A stretch of 64,000 nt of DNA, from positions 13,516,001-13,580,000 of the forward strand of contig CP075492.1 in the NCBI GenBank assembly GCA_021613535.1, written 5' to 3'. The notes beneath the pieces are model-generated. The model did no database searches. It was not told where the DNA came from and saw nothing but the letters and a program-made list of their open reading frames with translations. This document shows, in pieces, positions 24,736 through 37,319 of the stretch. The DNA is from Adineta vaga (Eukaryota > Animalia > Rotifera). A program made the position numbers and the translations under genes. How positions within the stretch are numbered: position 1 is the stretch's first letter; each line of letters opens with the position of its first letter.

Positions 24736-25524
24736 TTAAGAGTGAGTAGATAAGTTTCTTCGATAAGTTTCTAATTCGTGTCTTCTTCCTTGAAAATCTT
24801 TTACGATGTATTTTTCTGCTTGTTGCCGTAACCATAATCTTTCATTATGATGTTTTAAGATTTTCTTGAAAATAATAACACTCAAAACAATTCCAACAAA
24901 TATACCGATAATAGCACAAACAACAACCATAATTACAACTGCAAGAAAAACTGCATTTGGACTATCGGTATTACTTTTTGAATGATTATTTCTATTGCTA
25001 CCACCGAAGCTAGGTGTGCTAATATTACTGCCAACACAAAAGATGATAATTAAAGCAATAAAACCAATTATTGCTAACAGCAAAATAAAAGCACTTAGAT
25101 AATAAACAGCAAATCCATGAATAAATTTTGGATAAAGATTTTTGATATTCTCACTATTTTTATCCCATAATTTTAAAAGACTACCTAAACCAACGATAAT
25201 TGTTTGAATCAATAAAATAATTACTAATAAATCACGAAGAACATATAAATGATATTTAATAAGTCGTTCTCTTTCAGCTTTCGGATCACCAACAACAGTT
25301 TCAATAATATATTTAAATTGACATAAATCACAATATTTAAAAGCTTTTCCATTTGCGTTTCCTGATCGCCAATGATTCAGACAATTTCGATGCACATACG
25401 CCAAAGTACCAGTACATAAACATGGACTAATCATATCATTCGTATTTTCTGTATCTAAACATATTCGACATTGTTTAACATGATCATCAGTCGATCGTAA
25501 TTCTGACACATCAATAACCGACAT
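24736..25524 (-). CDS. RING-CH (RINGv/MARCH-type) membrane E3 ubiquitin ligase
   Basis: CRICLD..SPCLCTGT..YVHRNCLNHW..CDLC (C4HC3) followed by three transmembrane segments. Intronless. Confidence 0.85.
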   Translation of the reverse strand: MSVIDVSELRSTDDHVKQCRICLDTENTNDMISPCLCTGTLAYVHRNCLNHWRSGNANGKAFKYCDLCQFKYIIETVVGDPKAERERLIKYHLYVLRDLLVIILLIQTIIVGLGSLLKLWDKNSENIKNLYPKFIHGFAVYYLSAFILLLAIIGFIALIIIFCVGSNISTPSFGGSNRNNHSKSNTDSPNAVFLAVVIMVVVCAIIGIFVGIVLSVIIFKKILKHHNERLWLRQQAEKYIVKDFQGRRHELETYRRNLSTHS

Positions 25525-26302
25525 CGATTTGATTCTACTATAATATTGAAAGAAGGACAGTAGAATTCGTATATATATCTTTCACAATTCAAAAAATATT
25601 TATAAAAATAAAATTTTTGCATCATGGTTTTTTTCTCCTTCTCTTTTCTGTAATGCCGTGCAATGCATCATAATTGGCATTATTGAGAAGAAAGAGAAAA
25701 AGAACATGATTCTTTCTTACGACTCACGTATGAGTAACTGATGAAGTGCTGCAAGCACACTTTTTTCTTCAATATGACGTGTGTACGATTGAGAGTTTAA
25801 TGCATTCACACATTTTGAATTTTATACATGGAAAGAACAAAAACACTCTTTTGCGTTTCAACGCGTCTGCTTTTAACCGACAGATTATTAAATGAATATA
25901 CATATGTTTGTTCTGAATTAGGCATTGATTTATAAAATTTCATAGATAAAATAATGTACTCACACATAATATGTATCCGATAAGCTGAATTTAACGAAAC
26001 GCAAAATGGTATATCAAACTTTTGCAATTAAAAGTAGAGTGAATTCGAACGAAGATGATTGTCATCATTACTACATCAATAAATACAAGTAGAAGAAAAG
26101 TTAATTTTTATTTCGTCAATTAGTATGAGTTGTACTTCTGATACTATTAGACCAGCAATGACGAGTATTCGGTCAAGTAATTATTTGATAGTAATGATTA
26201 GCGATTAAAGGTCATGCATTAAATCTTCAAGATAAAAAGCAGTTCGATGAGAAAGTTAATCTTAACGAGAATAATTCAATGCTTAACTATGTTTTACAAC
26301 GG

Positions 26303-26679
26303 ATGAAAGGTGGCTCGAAAGTTGTTGATATCGATACTCAACGTGCAGCAATCTTAGTCGATTTACCAAGTAAGTTAGATAAAATACCAATAAATGGTGA
26401 AAAAAAGAATGTTTCATAGCAATATTTGTTCAATGTGAGTATAAATTCAAATGTTTAGTCTGTTCAAAAATATTAAATTATCAAGAATTTTTTGTTAAAT
26501 GATCATTTTTATAAGAATTTCTTCTAATTTATATCTATTTAGCATATCAATTAGTACCAAGTGGTCATAATAAGAATTTAAAAATTCCCAATCGTCCAGT
26601 TTGTCGAAAATATAAAGTATGTGGTGCAAAAGATGATCGATGTAGATTTCATACATGCCCATCATGTGGACAGACATAA
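26303..26679 (+). CDS. Putative small protein with a Cys/His-rich C-terminus (upstream exons uncertain)
   Basis: MKGGSKVVDIDTQRAAILVDLP|TYQLVPSG..PVCRKYKVCGAKDDRCRFHTCPSCGQT* splices in phase (gtaagt...ttag). Confidence 0.35.
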
Positions 26680-26925
26680 TCAAACAAGATTATACAAATT
26701 TTCCAAGAATTGATCAAAAAGAATAGAAATATTCGAAATATTTTTTCTTTATGTCAATATAATATATCAGCGAATCCAGCTTGTTGACTCCTGTGATTCT
26801 TCTCTACACACAATAAAAATAAAAACAAACAACAATCACATATATTTAAGGATAAATCTCATTTTTTTTATTTCAATAAAGAATCGATTTTTTCAACAAG
26901 ATTTATAAATTCAAATTAGCAGTTT

Positions 26926-29900
26926 TTAATCTTCGATCATTTTATCTTCACAATCTTTTATTTTGTCAATTACTTCTTTCCAATAATCATCTGCAATACT
27001 ATTTTCTCGTAACATATTATCACGTTCTTCGAATTTATTTTGTGTTGATTCAGTTAAATTCCATCTTTCATCTGATGTATTCGATAGTTGTTGTTTGAAT
27101 AGGTCAAGTTTTGTCTCATCAGTTGATTCTATAAGACAAAAAGAAAAGAAAAGAAAAGAAAAGATTTCAAGCATCACATTCGTACCATTAACATATATCT
27201 GTTCTAATAATTGCCCTTCTGTATTGGATAATGGTATTTTACTACTTCGACGTAAAATTGTAAAACTAAATGCAGCTCCTTTGTTTGAATAGTTCATAAA
27301 ATGAATTGATTTGCCTTTATTTTTCATACGACAGAAATCATGTAGATTAACTGAATATTCATTTCGATCTTTGACAATATCTGGAGTTCCAGCATACATA
27401 TCGAAAGCTAAAGCAACGAATTGTTTTTCATAACATTTTAAAGGACGATCTAATAGAATTGTTTGAACACCTCGTTGACCTTGATAAATATGATTTGTTG
27501 GAAGTATGTATTCATCAACTACAAGAAATTTATTTGGATTATCTTTTTCATTTGCTAAAAGATAAAGAATAATCGAAGGATTGGATATTCGAGGAGGTGA
27601 ATGAAAATTAATTGTCACAGAATTGATAAAACCTTTTCGAAGAATACGATCAACACCATTGAAAACAACCATATTAAATAGATTTGAATCAATCTTCATG
27701 ATTTCATTATCATCATGAATACCATAAGTCGTTTCTAGAAGAAAAGAATTATCGTACTCATTCTTTGAAAGAAAAGATGGTCTTACTTAAAGTTTTCGGA
27801 AGATATCTTCTGATTAAAGTATACAATGGATAAGCAATATAAATAAAGACATTCAATGGTGGTGGTAAGAATGTTTTTTTATTATATTCTGTAACCAAAC
27901 GAAAACGATGATATGCCCAAGATTCATGTGCACTATCATGAACTTTTTGAATTGTTACACTAAATATCGAAGTATATTCTTTCATACCTTGCAATGAATT
28001 CGTATGACAAAAACTTACTTGAAAAGTGCAACTAATACATTAAGAAGTAAAAAACTTGCAACTGAAACGAAGAAGATCGTTAATAACAATGCTACGACTC
28101 CATATGCATCATCATCAACTAAAAACAACTATAGATGTAAACGATACGAGCATGTTCATTCAAATCTTACTTCCAACTTTTTCATTATTGAAATAATATG
28201 ACGTTTCTAACGTAATCTCTCCATATACTTTCCAAACACTCCAATCAAGAATATTTCTTATAATTCTCCAATTCCATAAATTCGAACCATTATTTAATAG
28301 ATCAAAATCGTCGGATGATTGCTGATGATCACTTTTACGTTTCCAATAAACTTGATGTTTTGTTGTAATCAATGCGAATGATGTAACTGAATAAGCAACC
28401 AAGAATACCATGATAAAATAGATGAAAAATAGTAGATCTTTCATCTAAATCTATCCAAATACAGACAATAAATATTGATAAATGAACACTTACAGTATTA
28501 AATATCATTAATAATTTCGGTCCAAGTCGTTCAAATGCAAAGAATACATGTAAAAGACGGATATACCACAGAAATAGATCAATACACATAGTTATTCTAA
28601 ACGAATGAAAAATTTTTTTTTTCTATCGTGAAATTTCCTACGAGATTACTTTGAAATCATAAAAGCTTGTTCTGTAGCAATAAATCTTGTTATAAATGCT
28701 ACAAGATAAATCAAACTCGCAACTAAATCCATAATATTCCATTTATCCTGTAGAAAATAATCTCGAACAATATGTCGACTTCCATTTTTCTGCTGTTCTT
28801 TCCAATGATGCACAAACTAAAAAGAAACATGAAGTGCAAGAAAATACATTTCAAAATTATTTACTTCATTTCCTTCCTCAAAAATTAAACTCCAAATAAG
28901 AATATGGAGAAAGATTTCTGCTGTTGGAATTGCCAAATTTTTATAACCACTACGTTGACCACCATTGTTATTGATGGGAAAATAATCAACTAGTAACACA
29001 TAACTGAATAAGGTAAGGAATAAGATATAAAATACCTGAAAGAAAAAAAGGACTACAATAAGATTATGTATTGATAAGATTAGTTACGATGTTATAGAAA
29101 AATCGAACGATTGCTCGACCACGATAGAATTCTTTGAATCTATAGATAATTCTTGCACTCCATCCAATCACATGACGTTTTTTTTCCCATGTACTGCAAT
29201 ACAAACAAGTAATATACATATATATCTAAGAAAATCATTTTAATTTACTTCAATTGTCTTTGATCTGATATAATGAATTTCGATAGAGCTTGGATAGGAA
29301 TTAAAATTGGTACAAAACACATAATAAAAATCTAAAAAGCAAGTAACAAATTTTGTATTCAATATGAAAACTTACTAAAGAACTAATCCAAAAGATTCGT
29401 TGATCATATTCATTCAAATAACCATACCATTGTTGATCAAGATATCGTTGAACAGTTTTTGTTGTTAAGAACGTTCGACTATTGATCTCTTGAGCAATTT
29501 GTAATGGATCTTTATTGAAATAGATTGGTGATTTTTTCGTTAAAATATTCAAAGCAAATTGTTCATTTTCAGCAAAACACATATCAATAATCATCGATGC
29601 ATGAGTTTCAAATTCTCTACAAGAAGATTTATTTTCTTTCTCAATTCGAAATCAAATTCACATACTTTTGTTTAGCAAAAAAATTAATTCGTTCTTCATG
29701 TTTAATTGTTAGTTGTGCTGCTTGATGATAAACTTTGCTTGCCAATAAAGCAGCTATAGTTGTATTCTATATAGTATAGATGTAAAATTGGATTTTCGAT
29801 GAATATCGATACTTACCGAAGATCTCGAACAGAGATATGTAACCATTTTATGATGTTTGAAAAACAATGACCAAAGGAATAGATCTCGGAAAAATGCTAT

Positions 29901-32888
29901 GAGAAATTGAAGAGAATAGAAACAAAAATGAATGTGTCTATTTACTTGGAACTGGATCAATGGTGAAACTAATGGCTACACCTAATTGACTGTTAACTTT
30001 AAATTGTATGGGTTGTTTTGCAGCAGTAGGTGATCGATTGATAATTTGATTAAGATTGATTGAATGTTGATTTCTTTGTGGTATAGCACATGGAAAACCG
30101 GTTTGAGGTGTAAATCCAATCGCAATATATTGTCCACTAGTCACAAATATTTGTTTTTCTATTGTTTTATATTGATGAATATCTGAGAATATAGTTGGTA
30201 CTAATCGTAGTTGACATTTATGAACGATTAAAAATGAATTGAGATCATCGGTTGGTGATATTAAATAACAAACAAGTGATCTGTTTGAAAGTAAAAGCTT
30301 TGTACTATCAAAACGAATTGAAATAGTATTTAGAAACCCATTGATTTGAATCATATCAATAGCATTAAAAACACAAACTGCATGTTCGAAATGACTTTCA
30401 AGATTTGTTGAGAGATTTTCATCATCAAGAAGACCATATTTTACAGCTAAATTAGAATTAAACTTAAAGAATTCGTTTACTAAATCAATCTTACTTGAAC
30501 TATCTCCCTTAAATGAAGAAAAAAAATAAAACAATATAGTTGATATTACTCTATTTTCAATCAACCGAAAAAAAAACAAGTTTTACCCAATTGAGTGAAA
30601 CATCTTGTGTAACATTCAAATAATCTTCATAAAAATATGTCTTATCAAATCTACTCCAATTAAATGATTCTTCTCTTCGATGCATATTTTCTAATATATG
30701 TTGAGAATAAGGTAATACATCTGTTTCCTAATCATAGATTCGAAAAAATCAATCATTTAAATAAAAATATCCTTTCGTTTGCTTACATCTTGATAAAGTT
30801 TTTCCAATAGATTCAATCGTGGTAATCTATCGAATGAAGCACCATATTCAATCAATAGATCAGCACAACGAATATTATTCATACGAATTGAATCACGTAA
30901 TGCTTGATCAAGTTCTAGATCCTAATTTTTGCCGAAAGATACAAATGATCATTATATTGAAGCATAATTACTTACTGTCCATTGAAAAATTGTTTTATCT
31001 GTAAGAATATTTCGTTGAATTCGATCGAATTTATTCCAAGCCATTGCTAATTTCAGTTCTGTAATTCGTTGTTTTCCTTCATTTTGAATTAATTTTGCTG
31101 CTAGAAGAAGATGAATCATTAATATCAAAACAGAGGAAGAAAAAACAACAACCAGATTACCATTGAAAAGAGCATGTAAAATTGCGTCATCTAATTTTTG
31201 TTCACCTTCTTCAGTGTAAAATTGAAAGATTAAAATAAGAAAATAACCTTCACGAGAAGTTAATTGTTGAATAAATTGTTCTAAATTTGTATGATTCAGA
31301 ACGGGATGATGTCTTGATGTTGAACGTAGTCGATTTGCACTAAAATATCAATGAAAATTTTCATTGTTTATTTGTATCTATTTAGTTTATCTCGATTTAC
31401 AAAGGTTCAAATTTTGATGAAGCTCGATTATATATTTCTAATGAACGTTGTTCACCATATTTAGTCGATTGATTTCCATATAAATATCGATATTCTCGTG
31501 CAATTTCATCTGCTGCACGACCAGTACCCTATTTAAATTAAAAACAAATCTCATTCAAGTAGATGTAAGTTCAATTTTACTTCAATAACAATGACAGGTG
31601 TTCCTTGTTGTAATGTATAACAAACGGTAAGAACTGACGAAGCTCCACCATTTGCTAATATTTGAACGATTGGAATATCATAAACTTAAATAATCGATTA
31701 AAAAAGAAAAAGAAAAAATGAACTTATTTTATGACATTGATTTACTTTCACTGATAGTATGTTCAATTTCAGTACGTGGTTTTATTGTTAAATCTGCTCG
31801 ACAATTAACACTTGTAGAAAATTCAGTTGGAATTGATTCGACATTTTCACCGAGCATATCATCGAGAAGAATAAAATGTGTGTGATTAGGATCAAGTGGA
31901 CAACTGTTTTCGTTTGATGACGGTGTTCGAATACGATAAACTTTTGGTGTTTGTTCAATTTGTATATTTTGCCATAGGGTTGTTTTCGATTGGAAATTTC
32001 GAGGTATATGAGTAAGAGTTGATGTGATACATTCAAAATTTGTATTATCAGAAGATAAAACATGTTCAAAAGATTTTAAACTAGTTGTCGGATGTACTGA
32101 AATAATGCTTGGTTCCGATAATTGCTTAGCGAGATATTGATGATCTTAATGAAAGGACTTCAAACAAACTCTATTCGATTGAATAAAATAACATCCTACC
32201 TGTTGTGTAGTACCAACTTCCAATACCAATACATTGCACTTTTGAAGGCGTTTTTGTATTTTTATATCGACGTTTATCAACAGCATCGCCAACTTCTTTC
32301 ATTACACCAGCATATGTTCCACCAGTAATAATCCATGCATCTGAAATTGCATGAAAAAGAATTAAGTGATATAAACTGTATATTTTTTTACCTGTTGTCA
32401 CAGCAGCAGCAATAAGGCCACGTTGAAATGCATTTCGTGCTCGTGGTGTTGATAATTTAAATAGATGTGCACCACCTGTGACAGAAATAATCAATTGTGG
32501 TGATGGTAATTTCCAACCATAACGCATTAGATTAACAACTGATTCGGCAAGTTTTTTGCTTCGTAGATGATTTTCATTAAATTCAGTAGTTGTTAAATGA
32601 TCATTTGAATCAATTCTTTCATAAAATTCTAATGAATCCAACTTTCGAAACAATGAAGAAAACGTTGCTTTAGAATCATTGATCATCGGTGTAAATGGTA
32701 CACGAATATACTAAATGTAGAAGAAATATATAACGATCAGTTAAATAACTCGTTAATGTACTTTTGAACGACGATCATTTTCAGCAAATAAAATATCACC
32801 AAAATCTTTGATTCTAAATGAAATTAAAGCTCAATCTTTTACAATGCTCAAAAAAAACCTACGGTAAATCCATATTTTCTGTATTCAT
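26926..32888 (-). CDS. TRPM-like cation channel (many exons) with a SLOG/LSDAT N-terminus and two copies of an extra domain
   Basis: FGDILF..KYIR, WKLPSPQLIISVTGGA, AWIITGGTYAGVMKEVG, LDPNHTHFILLD, GTPVIVI-GTGRAAD, RDLFLWS, DKWNIMD, WYIRLLHVF..LGPKLLMI, and the TRP box WAYHRF..FLPPPLN. Confidence 0.9.
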
Positions 32889-33350
32889 TATTATCAATGA
32901 AACTTCTACACTTATGGTCTGTATTGTCAAACTTCAACGAATGCAAAGAATTTGTTGAAATCATTTCTTGCAAAATATAATATTGAATCTAGATATCAAC
33001 ATCTTTCCGTTTTGTTCAGAGAGAAGTTTTTATGAATAATCGTTCTTTGGTGAGATGCGGAAGTCAAACAGATGAAGAAAAAATAATCTCTAACATGTAT
33101 ATCTTTCCACGGAAACGTCGCATTTCCTCACACAAGAAAGAACTATGTACTTTTATTTTATAAAATGATGATCGAGATCATACATGTATTCTGGTTCAGA
33201 GTGAAGATCATATATCTACCTTCCCACTCTTATCAATACCTAATTAAATTACTTCATTAACAAAACATGTATACTTTTATACGTTTTTATTTGTTAGATG
33301 ACAAAGTTAACATGTATCAATCAAAAAAAAAGATAAGCACGAATGTATCT

Positions 33351-33864
33351 TCATTTATGAAGTGCTTTTCTAATATTATTCAGAAATTCTTCTAATGATA
33401 GTTGTCCATCACCATTATCATCAAACATGTGACACATTTGTTGAAATGAAATACCCCATATACGTTCACCAGCTAACGTAATACCACGTTGTGCTTCTTG
33501 ATGTGATATAAATCCATCTTTATTTCTATCGACTTCATTGAATGCTTCTGTTAATTCAGCAATAACAAGAGGATTATCAAATGTACCCGTTTCTGCATGC
33601 ATAAATTCTTTAAAATGATCAAATGTAATCCATCCTGTATTACCACTTAATTGTCTAATATAAGTATCGATAGCTGCACTACGAAAACCTTGAAGAGATT
33701 CACTATCAAATACTAAACGTCGAAAATCTTCTGTTGAGATTCTTCCCGTTTTTTCTAGAAATAAAGAGATCAAATAGTTTATTTTAATCATAATTTAACT
33801 AACTTGTATCGATATTATTGAATTCTCGTTGAAGGTATTTGTCGTCTAAAGGGTACTTTGCCAT
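33351..33864 (-). CDS. Calmodulin-like EF-hand protein (2 exons)
   Basis: EF loops DTKKTGRISTED, DRNKDGFISHQE and DDNGDGQLSLEE. First exon MAKYPLDDKYLQREFNNIDT. Confidence 0.85.
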
Positions 33865-34671
33865 TCGTGCTTATCTAGCTCTCAATAAAACGTTTGAAAA
33901 AAAAAGCTCGTACAACAAAAAAGAAGAAAAATCCAAAAGAAAACAGAACGAAAAAATCCAACATTATACGCATTCATATATGTTAAAAATACACGTCAAT
34001 AAAGTATGAAAAACAAAAAGAAAGGTATACATATTACTCACGGTTACCTTCGCTTTCAACGATTTCAACATTGACGAAAAGAAAAAGATGTCGATATAAA
34101 TCTCAATATTAAAAAAAATATAGATTATAGAAAGATTCATCCAATAATTAGAGAACATAATTTTACGACAAAATGTTATTTAAGAAATAAAATGATTGAG
34201 TGATAAAACCATCTCGATGGTAAGAATGGCAAGGTTGATACATCTTCTTCACCCACAGCGCCATTGTTCTTTATAAGAGTCATACAAATATTTAACTCTT
34301 ACATCAAACTATCATATTCGTGGATATAATATAATTACAATAATCAATTGTTCTATTGATTTTTGGGGGACATTTTATATATTATTGTTATTCAATGAGA
34401 AATGGTCGTCTTTGTGTATTTATGAAACTAATTATAATAGATTTCAGTTGAGCTGAAACATCATCTCAATACATGTTCATTCATCAACAACTTTCAAACT
34501 GATGACGATACAATTATCGTGTCTGTTCGCTATGCATTCGATTACCAGGTCGACAACATATTTTAAGTAGCTGAAAAAACATTTATTTTTTGAAAATTAA
34601 AACGTGGAAAGAAAACAAATATGAGTCAAGCGCTTTTTGTGCGATATCAAATATTCAGAACTAGAAGCAAA

Positions 34672-35571
34672 TCATATAAATGGTATCGATTGATACACTG
34701 GGTTGGCAGCTGGTGCTCTAGTAACATGTCCAATACTGATTCTCCAAAAGTCTAACAATTGGGTAACAATCATGCAACAAGCCAAAACATCGATAATCGT
34801 TTGTGATAGATTCCATGTATTAGCTTCTTCATCTAATCGTGCAAACATCGGAAAACTTACAATAAAATAAATACCATAAAACATTGAACCATATGCATAC
34901 ATTGCATATCGATCAGGAATATCATAGTAAGGAAAATGTTGAATAGTAAATGTTTCTAAGAAAGCCACAATATAGCTGACTATAATCACGATAATTCCAA
35001 CATAAAAATACCGTATTTTGCCTTTTGTTGGCATACGACGCCATACTAATCTCATCATAATCGATGATAGAACATGATAGAGATGAAAGTAAGAATGTGT
35101 GATCAAATATAACGCAAATGGTACATCATTGAGACGATGTGCTTTGAATGTGTACGTAGCATGTAGAACAACATAGAAATAGTGTGTCCAGAAATAATTA
35201 GCTATCCATGAGAAAATTCCTATATAAAGATTTGCCTTTGTTGTATAACGGCGAGAAATAGGAAGATGTGAAGAGAGAAAAACTTTTGGAAAAAGGACAG
35301 GAAATATAGTTGGAAAGATGAATAATAATAATCCAAGAGTAAGATAATGATAAGGTGTAAATGTTTCAAACCATTGTGAATAGACTATATAGAATAAGAT
35401 GCTAATCCAAATAAGTGACCATAATAAAAAGAATTGTTCAGCACGAGCTTTCTCGGGATTAGAAGAAAATATTGTTGAATTTGGTACAGTATAGGAATCG
35501 ATTGGTTTTCGTTGTATATTATTGTTTGATAAAGATCTTCTCTTGGAAAGACTAATTGTACGTTGTACCAT
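34672..35571 (-). CDS. CPI1: Cycloeucalenol cycloisomerase (cyclopropyl-sterol isomerase)-like, intronless
   Basis: SSNPEKARAEQFFL, KANLYIGIFSWIANYFWTHYFY, RLNDVP, FLETFTI.HFPYY and GSMFYGIYFIVSFPMF match plant CPI1 conserved blocks as recalled. Confidence 0.85.
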   Translation of the reverse strand: MVQRTISLSKRRSLSNNNIQRKPIDSYTVPNSTIFSSNPEKARAEQFFLLWSLIWISILFYIVYSQWFETFTPYHYLTLGLLLFIFPTIFPVLFPKVFLSSHLPISRRYTTKANLYIGIFSWIANYFWTHYFYVVLHATYTFKAHRLNDVPFALYLITHSYFHLYHVLSSIMMRLVWRRMPTKGKIRYFYVGIIVIIVSYIVAFLETFTIQHFPYYDIPDRYAMYAYGSMFYGIYFIVSFPMFARLDEEANTWNLSQTIIDVLACCMIVTQLLDFWRISIGHVTRAPAANPVYQSIPFI

Positions 35572-35778
35572 GTTTCTTTTTTGTTACCGAAATAAACTGC
35601 ACACACACTTCAATATCATTGCTTTTTTTCTATCTTCAAACAATAAGCGAGCGTTCTATGTTGATGTTGGTCATACCATCAGCTTCTTATCTAACAACAC
35701 AGTTTAAATTATAAATATACTATCATATCTTCTACTTTCTTTCTTTTTCATATTAAACTACATAAAGCAAGAATACTT

Positions 35779-36836
35779 ATGAGTAGTATTCCAGTGATTG
35801 ACATATCTCCCTTATTATGTTCATCGAATGAACAATCAAAACTCGATGTATCTCAAGCAATTCGTCATGCTTGTGAAACAGTAGGATTTTTTCAATTGAT
35901 TGGTCATGGTATCGAGAAACAAATGTTTGATGATATGATTAAAGAAGCTTGCCGGTTTTTTTCACAATCATCCGAAGAAAAACAACATTATGCTGTACAT
36001 AAATGGAATCCATCCAATTCTAATACCTATCGAGGGTATTTTCCGTCATCAGTAAATGGAAAAGAAGGTCTAGATCTATCTTCACCATATCTTGATCCCG
36101 AACATGAACTAGTGAAAAAAGGTGATCCTCTACATGAATTAAATCGTTGGTCAATGAATGAAATATTAATTCAATATTGGGATCACATGTGTGAGTAAAA
36201 ATTAATCTTTTTAAAACAATAATATTATTTCATAGAAGAAAAATGCAAAACTGTGTTTTTTTTCTAGGGCGTATTGCAATTGAACTTTTACGTGCTATAG
36301 CACGTGGATTTAATTTGGATGTATCCTATTTTGACAAGTACCTTGATGACCGTTCAACTGGTGGTGCTGGAACTGTTTCGACTTTTCGACTTAATTTTTA
36401 TCCTCACTTAGATAATCCTACACCTGCAGCAAGAGGTGCTGATGATGATGAACCACTGTCATGTGAAGAACATTTTGATGGATGTTTACTGACACTTCTT
36501 TATCAACATGAAGTCGGTGGTTTACAAATTCAATTAGCAAATGGAACCTGGTTGGATGTACCTGTAGTTCCTTGTGCTTTAGTAGTAAATACCGGTAAAT
36601 GTTTAGAACAATGGACAAATGGATGTTTGAAAGCTGTAAAACATCGAGTGAAATTATTAAAAGAAGAACGTCTTTCCATTCCATTCTTCTTGGAACCTTC
36701 ATTTTCCTCATTGATTGTGCCACTATCAACTGCATGCGATACACCGAAATATGAACCAATCAGTTATGGACAATTTATTGCAGAAAGTAATAAAAAATTC
36801 AAAGAGTATCAACGTGGTGAAAACAAATTTTCATAA
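35779..36836 (+). CDS. Isopenicillin N synthase-like Fe(II) oxygenase (DIOX_N + 2OG-FeII_Oxy)
   Basis: IPVIDISPL, ACETVGFFQLIGHG, Fe triad HFD...H (KHRV) and RLS motif. Intron 36191-36267. Confidence 0.85.
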
Positions 36837-37319
36837 AAGTATGATTTCTACATATTTATTCTGCATTGAAAATAGTTATTTCTAATAAAATATATAAGCG
36901 CAAACGTTTACAATATGACGATTCTATGTCAAGGAAAAAAAAAGTAATCTATAACATATTATCTATAAACAAAACTAACTTTTTGTAAAAAATTTTGAAG
37001 ATAATTATAACGCACTTCAAAACGTTTTCTTTTTTTTGTCTGATTATTATTCTTACGACATGTTGACTATGAGACATTAGTTTCGTAGTAACAATTCAGA
37101 ATGATTCGCAAGTTATAGTAAAGAAAGATAATAATTGAAAAGATATCGGAGAAATAAAACTACTGAAGTGTTTGAGTTTGTTATATTTTCATGAGATGTA
37201 ACTCTTTAACAGGTTTCTCTTCAGATGCATTCATCTCGAGAGTTTACTTAACTTTTAAACAATTATGGTTGACAACAATGATCCAAATCATGTATGATTG
37301 ACCGATATTTAACTTTATC

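Noticed and set aside
25715-25765. Hammerhead-ribozyme-like arrangement (hairpin, CTGATGA, hairpin GTGCT/AGCAC)
   Set aside because: The required GAAA after stem II and a stem III are absent.
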